Assembly (NCBI RefSeq): GCF_004010195.1
Contig: NC_057718.1
Coordinates: 80,502,765 to 80,542,160 of the forward strand
Reading direction: 5' to 3'
Length of the DNA: 39,396 nucleotides
Source of the DNA: Chiloscyllium plagiosum
Lineage: Eukaryota
Positions 35,095 to 39,396 of this stretch are shown piece after piece; position 1 is the stretch's first letter; every line of letters starts with the position of its first letter. A model generated the notes under the pieces. The model had not been told where the DNA came from and ran no database searches. It saw nothing but the letters and a program-made list of their open reading frames with translations. A program made the translations under genes and the position numbers.

Positions 35095-37330
35095 CAATGA
35101 CATAAGTGCTGAAGAAACTCAGCAGATCTGGCAGCATCTCTGGAGAGAAAAACAGTTAACGTTTCAAGTCTAGTGAGTTCCTTTATCAAACCCGAAAGCA
35201 GCTAGGAAATGTGGTATTTATGCTCACGGTGTTTTGGGGGAAGAGTGAGATGAATAGACAAATATGGTGCCCAGACAGAGAAAGGGAAAATGGGAAGCAA
35301 ACAAAGGGTTTGCTTATAGTAGTAAGCACTGAATAGGTGATTAAGGGAATTGTGAATGGTTGAAAATGAGTTGCGATATATTCATTCAGAACACGATCTA
35401 GCGATGTGGGCATGGATAATGAACATGGAGGGAGGTATTTATGCTCTGAAATTGTTAAACACAGAGTTGAGTCCTGAAAGCTACAAGGTACTTAGGTGGA
35501 ACATGAGGTGTTGTTCCTTCAGCTAATGCTGAGCTTTGCTGCAATGCTGCAGCAGTCCTAAGATAAAAATATTAGCATGGGAACACAGTAGTTTGTTGAA
35601 GTCACAGGCAACTGAAAGCTCAAAGTAAATTTTACAAATAGTGCACAAGTATTTGGCAAATCAATCACCCAATCTGCATTTCAACTTCCCAGTGTAAAGG
35701 AGACCACATTGTGAGCAACGAGATTAGGAATAAGTGCAGGTAAATTGCCATTTCACCTGAATAATGCATCTGGACCCTTGGATAAGGCAGATGTAAATGA
35801 CAGGTGTTGCACTATCTGCAATTGCATGGGATGATGTTATTGGTGTGTTGGGAGTGGACCAAAGTGTCCAGAAGGAATGGACCCTGTGAAATTCCAACGA
35901 GGAGAGGGGAATATGATTCTTATGGTGGCATCCTGTATCAGGTGATGGAAATAGTGCTCAGGATCCCTTAGATCTAGTGGGGTGGAAAGTAAGGCCAACG
36001 GGAACCCTATTGTTGTGAGAGGAAGGGAAGTGGTCAGGGCAGAAGTGGGAAAATCAGTCAGACATGGCTGAGGACTGTGTCAACCACAGTTGAGGTAAAA
36101 AAAAACAAAGAGACATGTCTGAGGCCACTTATGAAAGGTGATATCATCAGAACAGAATTGATGGAGATAGAGGAATTGATCAAACAAAACGGTGTCCTTG
36201 CTGGAATCAGGTTGTGGGAATATATAGTCAAGTGCTTTATTAGTTATCAGTGGCTAGCCCATTCTTGGGAATAGAAACAAGGATGTCAAGGCAGGGAAAA
36301 GAGATGCTAGAGGTGGGCCAGGTGAAGGTGAGAGCAGGGTCAAAATGTGAAACAAAATTCATAAATTTTCCAAGTCCAGATGAGAGAGGGAAGCAGCACC
36401 AATGATGTAATTGGAGAAAGTATTGTGGGATGGGAGCTGCTTAGGACTGGAACAAGAAATGTTCCATATATTCCACAGACAGGCATAACTGGGGCTGGTA
36501 CAGATACCTTTAACCTGAAGAAAATGAGTGGAGTTAACAAAGAAGTTGCTCAAAGACAATCTCAGCAAGGTGGATAAGAGTAATGGTGGATGGGGATGTT
36601 TCTGGCATTCGTTGAAGGAAGAAGTTGGGAGCCCTAAGAGCATCCTGATAGAGGTTGGACATATAATAAGATTTCACATTCATCGTGAAGAGGAAGTGGC
36701 TGGTGCCAGCAAGCTGAAAAGGTTGAAACAAACCTAAGGTATCCAGAGAATCACAGATGTAAGTGGGAAGAGATTGGACGAAAGGAGGAAGAATTGAGTC
36801 AAGGTAGGAAGAAATAAGTTCTTTGGGGCAGGAACATGCTGAAACAATGGGTCTTCCCAGGCTGTCCTGTTTGTTGATTTTAGGAAGAAGGTAGAAGCAG
36901 GCTGGACTGGTTTAGGAGGATGTGGAAGGGGAGAGATCCCCAGATGTGATGACGTTTGTGACAGTCATGGAAACAGTTGCTTGATATTTGATGGTGGGCT
37001 CATGGTCCGGGGGAGATAGGAGAACTGATGGTTGCTTCCCCTTGGTAGACATCAGTAAACCACAACAATAACACCACCCTCATCAGCAGGATTGCTTACA
37101 AACTCAGGATTGGATCTGAGAGCATGAAACAGAGTCAGTTGAGAGGGAGGTAATTTAGAATGGGCGAGGGGAGCAGAGAAATTAAGGCAACAAATGTCAT
37201 GCCAAGTGCCAGAGGGTGAGGTCTTGGTGAAGGGAGAGTAAGTCAGCTGAGGGGATCTGTGGGAAGGGGAGAGGACTTCTGCCCAAAATATTAGCCACAG
37301 AGACAAAGACAAGGGAGAAATGTTCAATAT
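35095..37330 (-). mobile_element. Long, old PLE (RT + GIY-YIG + tail), heavily degenerate
   Basis: Minus-strand remnants NPADEGGVIVV (KPADKG motif), LFTMNVKSYY, THFLQVKGICTSPSYACL, YIIGAAS; PLE tail at ~35095-35190. Confidence 0.8.
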
Positions 37331-37899
37331 CACATTGTGTCTGAAGTTTCATCAATGCTTTGTCAATCTCTCAGAATGTCACCTAATCATATTCTTACTT
37401 GATATAACTCATATTTATTTATGTGCAAGTGATAAAGCCTTTTTGCATCTTTGGTGAATGAAAGAAGAATAAACTAATGACAAGTGGACTTGCCTGTAGC
37501 AAATCTTTCTAAAATTAGCTGATATGATATGACAGTGAGGACCTTTCTCCCTATTTTCTCCACTCATTTGCTGATTCTTTTTTGTTCAATTGTTGTACAG
37601 CCAACGTAACAGGAGGATATTCTGGATATAATTTTTAATACTTGGGTGTGGTGTATAAAATCAAAGGTCAGGGACCACTGAGGATCTGAAATGCTTATGC
37701 CAGCATCCAGAAATGGCAATGACATCAATCATTAAAGCTTCACTTTGGGTTAATGAAAATAATTCAAAAGAAAACAATCACTATTTTACAAAATTTTTTT
37801 GTTGAATAAATACTAGAATGTGCAAAATGTCTAAGAAGCCTTGAATTGAAATTCATTCTGACCATACCCAAATAGATTAAAGGGAAAAATTGATTCATA

Positions 37900-38255
37900 T
37901 TATTTAAGAAGGATAAATGTGAGGATGGAATATTTGGGATTGAGGATGGTGAGAAGGGAAGGTAAATGGGCAGATATTACATGGCCTGCATGTTTTTGGA
38001 AAGCTGCCATGGGAAGCAGATGTTGGGTATGATTCTGATATGAACTATTTCGCTGTGCAGGGAACAGTCCATTCAGAATGTTGGGACAGGAGAAAAATGT
38101 GTTTGGTAGTAACCACGCACTGGCAACATTAGAAATGTTTGAAGATAACCCATTTGCATACAGAGGCAGGTGGGGTTGAAGGTGAGGGTTATCAGGATTC
38201 TGGGATTGAGAGCATGACTCCTAGACATTTACAATAATGTTGTTGGTGTTCTGTG
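37900..38255 (-). mobile_element. Degenerate PLE fragment
   Basis: Resembles parts of 35800-36100 (e.g. gggaacagtcc…gtgtttggtagt…ggtggggttgaaggtgagg). Confidence 0.45.
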
Positions 38256-39158
38256 TCCGAGGGACGTTTACACAGAATTTGACACCACGTGATCAGATTG
38301 ACACTTGTTTATTTCTCCAACTTTTTTCATATTTTAATGAGTAAGGTTAAAAAAAACTTTGAATTTGTCATTAAAATTTCATTAATTCTCTGTTACATCT
38401 CTGGTCCTTTGAATTATAATAATAATAATTTTTATTCCTGATTTATCTTCCTTTTTGAATAAATTTTATTTAAACCTGAATCTGAAGAATTACCTTTAAC
38501 ATGCTGTTGTTAACATTGTCATCAAGTAAATAGTTCAGAAATGTGTTAACTGTCAAGGAGAAATATTACCGCTGCTCCTTAAGATAGATTTTTTGGTTGG
38601 AAACAAGGCTTTCTTTTGTCTCTATGCTGAAAGAATCAGATTTGCTTTGGATGACAAATGACAACCTCTTTTTTTGCAGGTATTTGATTCACATTTCTCT
38701 CCTTCACTGCTAATCAGCTTTTACTGTTCTCAATGCTTGTTTTAAATCTTGGTCTGACAGTAAAAGTCTTTTGGGGAGTTAGTGTTCTGGTGGTTTCTCT
38801 GGATGAGTTTTCTGTTCAGGCTATTTCCTTCACAACAACTTCTCTGGCTGCTAGCCATCTTAAAACTGCACTAATGATTTCTTGAGAAGTTATATATTTT
38901 TAAAACTTCTTTTCTTCCCCAGGTATTTCAGATCTGTTTCTTAACCTTCACTGCTGCCATGATTCTCCAGCAAGTGTATTCTGATGCTGTTGCCATCTTT
39001 TATTGTGTGGTTTGATGCACCAGTGAGTTTGGGTTCTTTGCAGGATGGTTGAAGAGAAAACAAAGTCAAAGACGGTCATCAGACTTAGACTTTTAAGCAA
39101 CATTATTTATGATACATTAATACTAAATATAGATATAAATAGTAATCCTAAATGTCGC

Positions 39159-39396
39159 AGGAGAAAGTGAGGACTGCAGATGCTGGAGATCAGAGCTGAA
39201 AATGTATTGCTGGAAAAGCGCAGCAGGTCAGGCAGCATCAAAGGAGCAGGAGAATCGACGTTTCGGGCATAAGCCCTTCTTCAGGAATGAGGAGGGTGTG
39301 CAAAGCAGGCTAAGATAAAAGGTAGGGAGGAGGGACTTGGGGGAGGGGCATTGGGAATGCGATAGGTGGAAGGAGGTTAAGGTGAGGGTGATAGGC
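39159..39396 (-). mobile_element. Young PLE pseudo-LTR running off the window
   Basis: Same family as 9320-9448; CpGs retained. Confidence 0.88.
39254..39287 (-). ncRNA. Minimal hammerhead motif, core intact
   Basis: Minus strand: UUC-CUGAAGA-A-GGGC-UUAU-GCCC-GAAA-C-GUC-GA. Confidence 0.75.

Noticed and set aside
21181..39396. PACRG exon 2 (VRGPP…FRKFYERGDFP)
   Set aside because: No matching sequence found by eye; it probably lies beyond the window.
1..39396. CRISPR arrays, operons or other prokaryotic systems; remaining short ORFs as genes
   Set aside because: The DNA is vertebrate intronic sequence with no repeat-spacer arrays; the short ORFs fall in TE remnants or lack recognisable motifs and splice support.

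Overview
Vertebrate nuclear DNA, most likely from a cartilaginous fish (the CR1/HER1-type LINEs and Penelope tails resemble carpet-shark repeats; recalled, not searched). The window is centred on the head-to-head PRKN (parkin, minus strand) / PACRG (plus strand) promoter. The 7-nt coding end of PRKN exon 1 (ATG ATT G|GTAGGT) is at 20236-20230, the first PACRG coding exon (…EGFTVKAMMKNSI|GTAAGT) is at 21055-21180, and RFX/forkhead/E-box-like motifs lie between them. An intact tRNA-Asp(GTC) gene with a compensatory acceptor-stem pair sits ~215 bp inside PRKN intron 1. No second exon of either gene was found, so the rest is intronic and TE-rich. It holds the 3' half of a lightly damaged class I ERV (pol, gamma-type env, PPT, LTR), a solo LTR nested in a CR1, several CR1s, a 3'-truncated L1-clade element, Myb/SANT (Harbinger-like) fossils and many Penelope-like elements (PLEs). 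The most striking pattern is seven PLE insertions from several families that share one architecture: two oppositely oriented element 3' ends, one ~30-40 nt shorter than the other, bracketed by a 9-15 bp target-site duplication. Several carry minimal hammerhead ribozyme motifs on both strands, and one unit is a ~1.8-kb fold-back. All calls are by eye; no searches were run.
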